The position numbers and the translations under genes are program-made. The notes under the pieces were generated by a model. It made no database searches, was not told the DNA's origin, and worked only from the letters and a program-made list of their open reading frames with translations. Shown here piece after piece: positions 27,167-38,990 of a stretch of DNA of 64,000 bases. Position 1 is the first letter of the stretch. Every line of letters begins with the position of its first letter. The DNA comes from Balanoglossus misakiensis. Taxonomy: Eukaryota > Animalia > Hemichordata. The DNA is taken from assembly GCA_040954595.2 (NCBI GenBank), contig CM082584.2, forward strand, positions 6,328,110 to 6,392,109, given 5' to 3'.

Positions 27167-27481
27167 TTATCGAGCCCCACTGTCAATCTCATATATGTTT
27201 CGATATTTGCTCCTGAAAATGTTCATGTTTCCTTCTACTTTTTTGACTATGAAACTATAATTTGAGTCATCGGTGTAGATGGCTGCCGGTTCATCGCACC
27301 ACTGCCCCTCCATATCTCTCGTGTACACGGTCAGTGTGTTTCTGCCATAAGGGGTTGGAATGGTGACAACACCATTGGCTTTGATAATTTGTGCAGTGTG
27401 GCGGTCACCACTATCCATCAGTGTGATCTTGATTGTATCTTCAGTGTTGTTCCAGATGCTGGAGTTGTGTTGTTGACCCAT
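27167..27481 (-). CDS. Uncharacterised 104-aa protein (MGQQHNSSIWNNTEDTIKITL...), predicted beta-rich, possible N-myristoylation
   Basis: ATG in gcaacaATGG context. Pyrimidine-rich acceptor (ttctttatttcag) at 27522-27523, and an upstream CAG|GTGAGC donor at 27769 giving a 5'-UTR intron. Globular-like composition. Confidence 0.7.
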   Translation of the reverse strand: MGQQHNSSIWNNTEDTIKITLMDSGDRHTAQIIKANGVVTIPTPYGRNTLTVYTRDMEGQWCDEPAAIYTDDSNYSFIVKKVEGNMNIFRSKYRNIYEIDSGAR

Positions 27482-29062
27482 TGTTGCTCTTATTAACCAG
27501 TACGACGTGAGGGGTGTACACCTGAAATAAAGAACACATGGATGATGAATCATGGACTAGACAACGAGATCGCAGCCACTGCGGTGACTTTCGGTTAAGT
27601 ACACAGTTTTCAAATGTTAAAAGATTAACTTATTTGTACAACTGGTGGGTACATCGACCTGGGGCTGACCTTGGGTATTGGTGCATTCAATGGCCAATAT
27701 CGACATTCACATGTGACAAATCTTAATGAACGGGTCCATTCGGGGGCAAAGCCATAGTCATTAGCTCACCTGTCTCCTATAACAATGTATTGAGGGGATC
27801 CACGTCACATATTTACTGTAAAACGTGTGACAAAAATGGTTCTTCAGACAGCTAACTGGTACAATACTGATATCAAACGTACGGTAAACATACGATATAA
27901 CGTAAGACAGACATATGCATAATAGAATTTGAGATGGATGAAACAATCCCCGCGCTTGAAAACTTACCGCTTTAATATTCACACAAGCCTTTCTCAACGA
28001 GGAAGTTGGTGTTAGTTGAAGAAGACCTCGAAGATTGGATATGCACATGCGTCAGTCTTACTGCACCCATTTAAATATTAGCCATTTTAATCAGAAATCG
28101 TAGTTAATATATACAGATCTGTCCATAGTGACGTAGTTTGCTAGTTATTAATTTCAACACAGGTCTGATTTTGTACGTGCTACAGTCACTGTATGAAACC
28201 TGATATATGAAGACTTTTGATTGGCACCATGTGTCTGAGAACTTGAGTTGTGTATTGTTTCTTTATTTGTAGATAACTGTTTGTGATAAAGCTGTTTATC
28301 TATTCATAGTCTAAAATGGTGAGTATTAATGAGGCGTATCATTGAGGGCGTACATTCTAGCTTCTCTCAAAAAGCAAAAACAAAAGCAACTCAATTTTGA
28401 TGATGTGTTGCGTTGAAGCTTGCAGTAACTTGTAGCTTCCAAATACAGTGTGCATAGGTAACTGATTTATCAACAACAAAGACACATACAATACTTGGAT
28501 GTATTAAACATTTTTTTATTGAAAACTAATAAGGAAAATCACTGCTGAATGAAGTTAAATTTTGTTAAAATAATCTAGACCGAAAGCCCGTCCTCTAAAA
28601 TCGCTGAGAAACATATTTTTGTAATTAGTTCATACCTTCTGTCTTTTTCTATCTCAGTCCAACATTTTGAGAACTGTTGGGACAGATTCTAATCACAACT
28701 AAAGAGAGATGTACGCGTACTTGTGCTGCCATGGAACTATCTAAAATTTGCAAACTACAGGTGAGAGTTGTTCGAACGACAAAAATGAGCAGATATGTCA
28801 GTTTTCTGTAATCACAGTAAAAAAAAAATTTTCTTGAAAGAGCCAGACACAAAGCATATCAGAGCTGCAATTTGTTAAATATTAACTCTTGTAATAAAAA
28901 AAGTAATGCCAGTTGATCACCTATTTAATGCAAAAAAATAGTTTTCTGAAGTTAAAAATATGGTAAAAATATCTTTCAATTTATACATCATGATTTCAAG
29001 TTCAAATTTTCTACATTCACTAGACAACAACACCTGCTTAGTAATCGGCACCTGTGAATCAA

Positions 29063-31282
29063 CTAAACCCACCCTAAAACAGAATGGTCTGTTCCACACA
29101 CACATATGCCACGGCTCAAACCATTCTTTGTCACAGGTGGCACACCATCACTCGTTATATACTTTCCAGCACCGCTTTGACTTCGACGAAGTTCTGTAAA
29201 TGTGTGAAGAGAAATGACCTGGCAATGTAGAGCCTCCGTTGCTGGAAATCGTATCGCCACAGATTGATCAAGTGTCCTGTCATGAGAACAATATAAAGTC
29301 GAATGAAAAGGCAATTAGTATAACGAGTTTCCAAGTTCAGATGGCAATTCGTACACTAAATTATATTTTCAAGTAGTTTATTTTTCATGTCTATTTCACA
29401 TTTTTAAAGGGACAAAGTCTCTCTCTCGCTGCCCTTTTTCCATTAATTATGTTTCATACAAGCCACCATTTTTGTTATTCGGATACATAGTGAATCAACG
29501 TACGACCACACAACTTCTATCCTGTTTGCAGGATATGAGATTAAAAATCTCACCAAAAAATGAATAAATGGTAAACACTGATAATTAATTTTGGCGAGTT
29601 TTTCACTCTCATATCCTACAAACGGGATGGAAGTTGTGTGTGGTCGAACGTTGTTTCACTACTAGTATATATCCACATGTAGAATAACATAAACGGTGAG
29701 AGACTTTGTCCCTTTAATAACATACATATATTTTATCTTATGCAAGTAAATATGAAGCCTATCTTCAGTTGACGTCACTGTACATATGGAAATGTTAATT
29801 TTTGTCCTGTTTTATCAGATGCATGAATGAGTTGAGAAGATAAGAATGAAATACAACTGATCTGTAATCTACATACCGGGCGCTGATTTCACGTACGTCC
29901 CTGCTTCATTGCCGATGAAATAGTTCCCGCTACCGAAACTGATCTGGTCCACGGAATCCATGTTTATTAGGATGTCTTCCGTGAACGGAAGGAATAGGGT
30001 TTCTTCTCCTTTGATGTCTTCGGACTGGAAGATTGTGGAGTCCGCCCTGAGGGGGATGAACTTCCTTCCTGGAGATGAAGAAGCTCATTATCAGTTATAA
30101 CAATTCCAAAAAACAGTATGCTCGGATACTTGCCATTAGGATCTATGTATTATAACAAGATTCTCAGATACAATACTTGCCGAGAATTTTCATAAAACAT
30201 GATTCTTGTGAGGATTGTGGTGCTAACACCAAAAAATAATAGCTTCCCTGTCAAATGCTGGTGAACATCAAGTAAAACATGTCAACATCACAAACTGATA
30301 CTGGATATACATGTATGGGTAAACATGTTCCGACATGATCACATATGGATCTCATGTAACATGATATTCGAGCTGAAATTCTTTAGAATTTAAGCATTGG
30401 AATCCAAACAATAACACAAGCACCTGGGAAACTGGACAATAGATTCAAAAAGAGTGCATGACCTTAATTGTTAAACACTGCAATGTGGCTTATCCTTGTT
30501 TTTTTCAAAAGATTATAAACAAAATCTGGCATTGTTCTAAGCACCAAGAACAGCAGGTAGTTGACGAAGTGTACCAATACTGTTTCAATATGAGAGACAT
30601 TTCTGTGCTACCAATTAAAAATACACCAGATGTAACACAGAAGAAAAGTGGTGTGGTAAACTATTTCTTAACAGGTCCAACATGTATACAAAAAGCACTC
30701 ACAAAAAGCAATAATGATCACAGTGATGTGATCCAGTATTTTTGCAGAGTTGCAAATCTTTTGTACTGGTCCTGAAATTCTCCCCCCCCCCCAAAAAAAA
30801 AAAAAACACTGGCCACAAACCCACACCTGAAAGCGTATATTAAAGTACAACATTCACTGACCTCTAAAATTTTGAAACGCATTATTGTTTCCTCTGAAAT
30901 CGACATCGGGATCTTCGGTGCGCCTGCGCTTCCCGACGTGGTTATTGGTGGTGATGCCATCGTTGTAGGACTGGGGACAGGCTAGCTTCATCTCCATAAT
31001 GCTGTACCCGTAGCCACCCTGTGTTATCGCATATCTAGTACAAAATCATACGGGGAGTGACAACATCACATATATATTTACAGAAGCATTCAATTCACAT
31101 GCAGATCACGTGGTCTCTCTGCTGGGCATATTGTACATCATGATAATCGACCTACAACACAACTTTGTGTGTCTATAAATAAAACATGACCTCCACAGAC
31201 CACTGCATTGTTGAGACCTGGCCAACAGCAAGTTGAATAACAAGCAACTCATCAGGTGCAAGCACAGAGGTACAATAGCCAT
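29063..31282 (-). CDS. Putative secreted Cys-rich (knottin-like) prepropeptide, ~208 aa
   Basis: Exons 31282-31152, 31034-30862, 30068-29877 and 29193-29063 join in compatible phases (2,1,1) with open frames. Kozak atcaccATGG; hydrophobic signal peptide; C-x6-C-x8-CC-x19-C; GKRRR; C-terminal GICVC; minus-strand AATAAA at ~28515-28520. The first donor (GTCGAT) is weak. Confidence 0.65.
29408..29713. mobile_element. Kolobok/T2-like TTAA MITE, copy 1 (306 bp)
   Basis: TTAA|AGGGACAAAGTCTC ... GAGACTTTGTCCCT|TTAA; internally palindromic; homologous copy at 61848-62196. Confidence 0.85.
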
Positions 31283-32659
31283 GGTGATTATCCCGGAGGT
31301 TCTCACAAGTGCAATAATTTGAGGGATAACAAATCGCGGGGAATAAAAAAGTAAATTACTCGCTTCCCTAGTAGGCCATCGCTATCAAAACATGTTACAT
31401 TCTTTATTTTTCAAGGTGATCTTGAAGTGGTTCGTACGAATGGCTGCACAGAAGCATTTATGATTAATGCTACTTGTATACGGGCACTAAAGTGTTCTGT
31501 CAATCTGCGTCACAACAAGATCTCGGTTGAACAGAAAGACAGCATGTGCACCCACTAGACTGCTGCTCTATGGTACCTGTGCCAAAATCTCCAGTGACAA
31601 CTTAGAAGAAACCACTAACAATCCTATCCTTACCAAACTGGCCTCCCACCTACTTTTCAGCACACAAGAATTTACCGGTACAACAATATTCTTCGAACAA
31701 CAACTTAACATGTTCATGAAACCAGGTGCTGTGATTTATTTCCCAGTCATGTGACTATCTGATTAGTTGAATGATATATGCTGGATGTACCTAAGCCCAA
31801 TTTAAATATTAGTATACATAAATGATAATCTTTTCATTGTTATAAAGATGCTTTCAAATCACCTCTTCTTTTGTCTCTGAATGAGGTCAGGAGGTCAAAA
31901 AAAATACCCAGATATACACAACAAATTGTTGTTTTTCAATCATCTTTTGTTTTTTAATCAATAATTTGGTTGTTTTTAATAGTATTTGCTTTTTTATAAT
32001 TAACTAATTTTTTTTCCAGTCTCCTCTCTATTATACTAAAGTATCCCAAATACCCACTTTTTTGCTCATCAGCAAATCATGAAAATTTGTAATGACGACT
32101 TTTAATATGTCCAGACAGCCTCAAAAAACAATACTGATTATGCACACATGGGCTGCCAACAAGAAACCATAGTTGAATTGATAATCTAACAAATTAATGA
32201 AGAAGAAAACAACTTTTAAAAGTTGCTGATGGTGGACCTTCAAACTATAAAACTTATTTTCAACTTTCAAGCCACTGAAAAATCTCAAAGTTGTCAAAAC
32301 ACTGTCTATTATATAATATTATGTGGATTGTGACTGTTCAAAACTGTCAATTGTACATCAGGCATTGCTATCTTCATCAGATTGTCCAAGATAATAGATC
32401 GTCCACTGACCAGGCAGCCATGTACTGACCACTGTACTGTGTACACACAACAATGGGCAAATTTTGAAATCAACAAACTTTGCAACCTTTCTTTCAACGA
32501 CGAGAAATCTGTGATCATACCTACCATTCGCTTATTGCACATATACCAGCTCTGTTCGAACGGTTTCCTGTGTTCAAATAAAGCCGCTCCACCAGAGACG
32601 GTTACGCATAAGGAGTCTAACGCTGATGTTTACTTGACAAACGCGTCATACGATTGAAA

Positions 32660-32858
32660 TTCCCACTTTTTCGTCAAAGTTCAGAGGTCAAAAGTCAGAA
32701 CGCATGCGCATTTTCAGCGCTCGGCCATCCTCCATTTTGGAATCCGGAAACGTAATTTCCTCCACGTTGTGTTTTCTCGAGCATTGCACCGGGCTAAATA
32801 GAAGGAACGAAGAAGTCACTACTTACGGAGGCGCCAGTTTGGTCGAACTGCTCACAAA
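32660..32858. promoter_or_regulatory. AP1M1 CpG-rich promoter, possibly bidirectional
   Basis: NRF1-like CGCATGCGCA (32701), YY1-like CCATTTT (~32732) and ETS CCGGAA (~32744) upstream of the AP1M1 ATG. Minus-strand donor ATG|GTAGGT near 32524. Confidence 0.5.
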
Positions 32859-35800
32859 ATGTCTGTGTCGGCGGTATTTTTCCTCGATATGAAGGGGAAG
32901 GTGAGAACATTTAGGGGTGTGAACCCGTCTGTTAATTTGGTTCCTCATCTATGATCTACCGGCAGTATTTGTCTATAACATGATAAATTAAATATAAAAC
33001 ACGGTCAAACGCGAATACCGACTTCTTGGTTTTACAAATATGTAAACTTTGTTGGCACATTTATTCCAACGTTGGTATTTTACGGGACACAAAAGTCCAA
33101 ATGTTGTTAGGTAAACTGCTATGTGTGTTGTTATAGACCTAATGCAGCCATTAGGTCTATGACAACCAAAATGTCTATTGCTATTTGTGTGGTGCAGTAA
33201 ACTAGATTAATTAAATCATGTATGTACCGTGGTTAAAATAAATCCATCTTTTAAATTATTTAACTGCAGTGCTAAGGAACTACATTCACAGAACCCCCCT
33301 GTCATCTTCCGTAATTAAATAGTTTTATCCAATCCAGACTTGCACTATCATAACTTGCTTGTTTTTACATCTTTCCAGGTGTTGATATCACGGAATTACC
33401 GTGGTGATGTGGACATGTCCTGTATAGATAAATTCATGCCGGTACTGATGGACAGGGAAGAAGAAGGCCAGAGCTCGCCAATCATCGTGCACGGACAATA
33501 CACATTTATGTTCATAAAATATAATAATTTATACTGTATCCTTTCCTTTAATTTCTGGTAAAAATCTAGAGCAGGATTTCTGTCTAGTTTTCTCCAGGAC
33601 AAATACGCCATAATGCCCATCTTGTTCTTATGATTACTTTACTGACCGTTTGTTCGCATATTCAGTTGTTCCCAAGTGCACTGCTTACAGAACATATTGA
33701 TCATATGTATCATACAGTATGGCATGACTTCACTGAAGTTCACATTTTCATCATCCATACCACGGTCACTCCACACAGTGACCGTGTCCATACATTACAC
33801 ATTGTGGATAGTACAAATTGCACATGTTGTACACACTACAGCCAGTGTCGGTAATGCAGTGAATTTTCCTTAACTCACAATTGTCAGTGGTGGCTACAAC
33901 CAAGAAGAATGCAAACGTCGCTTTGGTTTTCAGTATTTTACATAAAATGGTCGAGGTGAGTACACCTTTTATCCTATCTGGGCAATCAGTGATTTTCCAC
34001 ACTATCCAAACTCTAAAATGTACAGTTACCCTACGGCTGGATTTATGATGTTATCTATGACCAAAACTCTTTGTCTAGGAATATTGCTGTTACTTACAAC
34101 ATTTAAGAAAAATGGTTAAACTTAATGATAAATGTCCTCTTTCCTTCCATTCAGGTCTTTTGTGAATATTTCAAAGAACTAGAAGAAGAGAGTATCCGCG
34201 ATAACTTTGTGCTTATTTATGAACTGCTAGATGAACTTATTGACTTCGGCTATCCACAAACCACAGATAGTAAAATACTCCAAGAGTAAGTCGCTTTCAT
34301 TCAGTTGATGAGATATCTACTCAGTAGTACTCTCAACTTCAGGAGAAAAGATAAATATCTTGATGTTCAATATTTGTCTAGGTTAGTGTCTAGAATCATC
34401 CTACAACTTTATAAAACAAGCACAAAGATTAAAAGCTAACCAACAGATTTCCATGCTCTTCTTTCAGATATATCACACAGGAAGGCCACAAGCTGGAAGT
34501 TGCGCCGAGACCTCCCATGGCAGTGACCAACGCGGTGTCATGGAGGTCAGAGGGAATCAAGTACAGGAAAAATGAAGTGTTCCTGGATGTTGTGGAATCG
34601 GTCAATTTACTTGTGAGTACTGCCGTACAAATTGCCCAAAATTCATATCACACTGTAGTGTCATGTATACCATGAAAATACTGAGGCTGATTTGATTGGG
34701 TTTTAGAGTCTGTGTTTGTTCTGTTTGTCAATTGTCGGTCCTGGGTTTGAGTCGTCGGATCTTGTCAACACTCGATCAATGACAGTGGTTGTAGGATCAT
34801 AGATGGTTAAGATTGCTGGGTACGAACTGTGCATAAATCCTGCAAGCGACATATTCCTGGCCTGTGTTTTTGTGTTTCCATCTCCGTTCTAATTCCATGC
34901 ATTCTATCTTCGTTCCCAGGTAAGTGCCAACACAAACGTCCTCCGCAGTGAAATTGTAGGCGCAGTCAAAATGAGGGTCTTCCTGAGTGGTATGCCGGAA
35001 TTGCGACTCGGGTTGAACGACAAAATACTCTTTGAAAATACCGGACGTGAGTATAGGCTACAGTTGTCTCTGTTAGCCTGGAGTGCTTATGTCATGTATT
35101 ATTAAGGATCTGTTTTTTTGCATGTGTACTCTAGTTTCGAATGACATCTTAAGATGCATGATGCATGGTCAACTTTTTTACCTAAATTAAATTTAATGAC
35201 ATAATATAAAAAAAGAGTTTTTTAACCCAAAAACGCCACCATTTCCGGGGATCAATAATATATGCAACTCGAACAAAAGTTCAAAAACTCAGCTTCCAGA
35301 ATATATATGGTCTATGGGGGTTTTAACGTTGTCTTTGATGAGAAATAGGCCTCTGAAAAAGTCTCGACAGTTTCATGCAATGCCACCTCAAGTCTTGATT
35401 GGTGCATTTTCTCTTGCAGGTACGAAAAGTAAATCAGTAGAATTGGAGGACGTCAAGTTCCATCAGTGTGTCCGATTGTCCAGGTTCGAAAACGACAGAA
35501 CCATCTCCTTCATACCTCCAGACGGTGAATTTGAACTCATGTCATACAGACTCAACACTCATGTAAGTTGCATTGCAAGTTCAAGTTGGTTGGTTATTTC
35601 AGCGGGGTTCAGGGGAAAGTATTAGATAGTGAAAATGGTCAGTATTTTTTATGGGAATTGGCAAGATATTTGATCACCAGGGTAACAAAAGGAGCATGTT
35701 AAACCCTAATGCTACTGGGTGTCATACCTGTTCAGAGTGTCAAGTCCCTTAAAATATGTGTTTGCCACTTTTTCTTCCAAAACATATTTTGACTGTCTTG

Positions 35801-38800
35801 ACATGGCTCTCATACGTACTTAGACACACTTGGCAGTCTGAGCCCCCTGTGAAATGTACCAAATCGTACTGGTTTGATTTAAGGGTCTTGGTTTTGCATG
35901 AGGGTCTTGTATAGGCCCTACTGAATAACACGCACTTGGCAGCCTAACAGGCCTGGAGGCCAGGATTCTAGGCACCCTGGAAATCAAAACAGTATCAACT
36001 GACTTGGCAGCGTAAGGGTTAATTAATGGTGTATCTGACACTTGGTTGTGGATCAGATTTTAGTGGAGAAACAAAACACACCCACGCACAAACACACACA
36101 CACAATTTCAACTGGGTATGCTGCCCATTTCTGTCGCAGGTCAAACCGCTGATCTGGATAGAATCGGTGATAGAGCGTCACTCGCACAGCCGAGTGGAGT
36201 ACATGATCAAGGCCAAGAGTCAGTTCAAGCGCAGGTCGACCGCCAACAACGTGGAGATCCACATCCCGGTGCCCAGCGACGCCGACTCCCCCAAGTTCAA
36301 GACCACCATCGGCTCCTGCAAGTACATTCCGGAGCTGAACGCCGTCGTCTGGAATGTCAAGTCTTTCCCGGTAGGTTTTTGTCCCCTCAAAAGTTATTTA
36401 TTGTGTGTGTGTGTGTGTGTGTGTGAGATGCAACCCTCAATGAAATACTGTGTACATGAATATTGTATCAAAAATTAAACTCTGAAATCTCTTAGTGGTG
36501 ATTTAACACTCCAGGACTTTTAAAGACTTTCCTGGAGTTTTTGTTAAATTCCAAGACATTAATACATTTCCCGGATGGGGTGAACTAGAGTTCTGGTATG
36601 CTGAAAATCTAGTGCCATCATCAGGGCTCGAAATTCGCGGTAGCCCCGCGTCCACAGACTACCAATGTTTGCGATCGGGCTACCAAGTTGACACCAGTGG
36701 TAGCCCGATTGGGCTACCATGCGTGCGACGTATCTTGGACTTGTTACAGTTTATAATGATACAACCAGCAGTGTTTTCTCCAGGACGCGCGATCCCCCCT
36801 CTTTTACACTTGAATCGCCCCTTGTAACAAGTTCAAGGGGCGACCATCGCCCCTTCGTGAGCAGCCCACCCGGCCAGTACATGCGCGTCCAAGCCTCCGT
36901 AGCATGCACCGTCAGTCAAAACACTGGGAAAACGGCCGATATTACTGCGTGCTGGCCTATACATTTTAACTTCCCACCCCCCAAAACTATGTTGTAGATG
37001 ACTTTCACATTCATTCACGTGTAATTTAGCTCCAGGGCTATAGTGTGCAATTGTTGGAACAGCCTATCTGGACGCTGTCTAAATTTAGAGCACACACTCT
37101 GCACTCAAGTGATGGCTGAACGTAACAATTTTATGCAAATTAAAAGAACTGCGTTCATCTCAGTTTTCCATGACCTTGTTTGGAAGGAAAGTCATTCAAT
37201 ATGTACAGAGACTGTCCATTTGAGTAGTGTGCTTAGCCACAGATGGGAAGTGTTGGCAGAAATCTGAAGGAATATATACTACTTCAATTTATTTCACTAT
37301 AATAATGGTTTCAAAATCTATTATTTTGGCAGCTAAAAAAACTGAAACTTTTAAAATCAAACCAGAATTTTTTTACCAGGTATAGTATTAAAGAAAGACA
37401 CTATAGTTTTTGCAGTTGCATTTATTTTATTCATTTCACTCTCCTTGCCAGGGGAGCAGTTAGTCACTCTCCTACCACTTGTGTAATTAATTTCAGGAGA
37501 GTTATTTTCAGCTCTCCAGGCTTTTTAAAATTACATGCCCTGAAAGTTATGCAAGTTGGTGTCTTCCTCTGCAAAACCTACTAATTTAAAGAAGAAAAAA
37601 CTGTAACTGTTAATTTGTTGTCAAGTTCACATGTAAAATGTTGTAATTTACTAATACTGTTTTTAATATGGAATGAAGGCAGTTAGTAAGTTAACGTTCA
37701 AAATTGTCATTCGTGACATTTACTTCGACCAAATCCCCCTTAATTTTGGACTAAGGGGGGACATTCCCCCTTCTCTCAACATCCTGGAGAAAAGACTGGG
37801 TTCAACCGGCCGCGGACTCGTGTGCATTTTGACACGTGTCAATCAACAATATAATTGTTCACCATAGCAGTATGTATATTAAAAATTTACCAACGTTCTC
37901 AAACAGATATAGACCTACTACCGTACATGTAGCAGTATACAATGCACATTGATTTATCATTGTATTATGTGGACTACCAGCTATTGCTCTTGGGCTACCA
38001 ACTTTAGAAAATGGTAGCCCACTGAGGCTACCAAGAAAAAAAACGAATTTCGAGCCCTGCATCATGGATCTCACCTGGTCTTTAACAAGTGTTAGAAAGT
38101 GATCGATCTGATGTCACTCGTAGTTGACGGGCGTCGGAAAGAATTTCGCTTGAGATGAAAAGATTAGAAACAATCCTGGTTCATTCGATCATTGTCTTCT
38201 TACATCTTTGTGCGTCTGTATTCGTGCAGGGCGGAAAGGAATACCTGATGCGAGCCCACTTCAATCTTCCCAGCGTTGAAAGGGAGGAGAAAGAGGGAAC
38301 GCCTCCGATCCAGTGCCGATTCGAAATTCCGTACTTTACAACATCTGGCATTCAGGTAAGGGGGAAAGAAACGTGGAAAAGTACACGTGATGAAATCAAC
38401 AGTTTACTTTAAAGGTATACGGTCACCTATGGAAAATTAGCTACAGTTGCCATGGCAAATTGAGATCTAGCCAATCACAGAACTTCAGTGGGTGGCACAC
38501 GCGAAAATAAGAGCGCTACTATATGTTCTTTAGAACACTCAAATACGCCATTTCAGCCATATATGAGCGTATGTAAATTGGAGGTGACTGTATACCTTTA
38601 ATATATCAGTGGTTTATGAAGTACATGTAACTGCATGTCAGGATGTAAACTCGCAATCCTTTTGTGAGTGCGATGCTGTTTCAAGGACTGATAACAGATT
38701 TCTATATTAGCGGCAGTGGACATAAATTTTGAGTTTGTGTGCTGTGGAAAAGCTCTGATATTTGCAACCACTCCTGGAAAAGATGCAAATTTATCAAAAA

Positions 38801-38990
38801 TGAAAACGTGAAAGCATTGTGTGAATAATGAAGAACTAGTCGAGCATCTCCATGCATGACAGTTACAAATCTCATCTTTTTTATCCCCCAGGTTCGGTAC
38901 TTGAAGATTATTGAGAAATCGGGTTACCAAGCGTTGCCATGGGTTCGGTACATCACACAGAATGGCGACTACCAAATAAGAACTCAATGA
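32859..38990 (+). CDS. AP1M1: AP-1 adaptor complex subunit mu-1, 422 aa
   Basis: Exons 32859-32900, 33379-33535, 33888-33955, 34155-34285, 34468-34612, 34920-35046, 35420-35562, 36140-36370, 38230-38355, 38892-38990 (1269 nt). Motifs [126 protein letters not shown]. Confidence 0.97.
33536..33887 (+). other. U12-type (minor spliceosome) GT-AG intron in AP1M1
   Basis: 5' site GTATCCTTT; branch site TTCCTTAAC at ~33866-33874, 13 nt before the end of the AG; no long polypyrimidine tract; splicing restores NNLY-L-VATTKKN. Confidence 0.92.
35704..36018. mobile_element. Degenerate piggyBac-like MITE in AP1M1 intron 7
   Basis: taaa|CCCTAATGCTAC ... GCAGCGTAAGGG|TTAA; imperfect TIR and imperfect left TSD. 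Confidence 0.45.
36622..38059. mobile_element. 1.44-kb non-autonomous hAT-like element with 6-bp TSD
   Basis: catcat|CAGGGCTCGAAATTCG ... CGAATTTCGAGCCCTG|catcat; perfect 16-bp TIR; subterminal GGTAGCCC/GGGCTACC repeats at both ends; no transposase ORF. Confidence 0.88.
38413..38597. mobile_element. 185-bp Kolobok/T2-like TTAA MITE
   Basis: TTAA|AGGTATACGGTCACCT ... AGGTGACTGTATACCT|TTAA (15/16 TIR). Confidence 0.85.

Noticed and set aside
30718-30960. ORF MASPPITTSGSAG... as an independent gene
   Set aside because: Alternate frame of exon 2 of the secreted precursor. Spliced to the next exon it stops after ~33 more codons, whereas the other frame stays open across all four exons.
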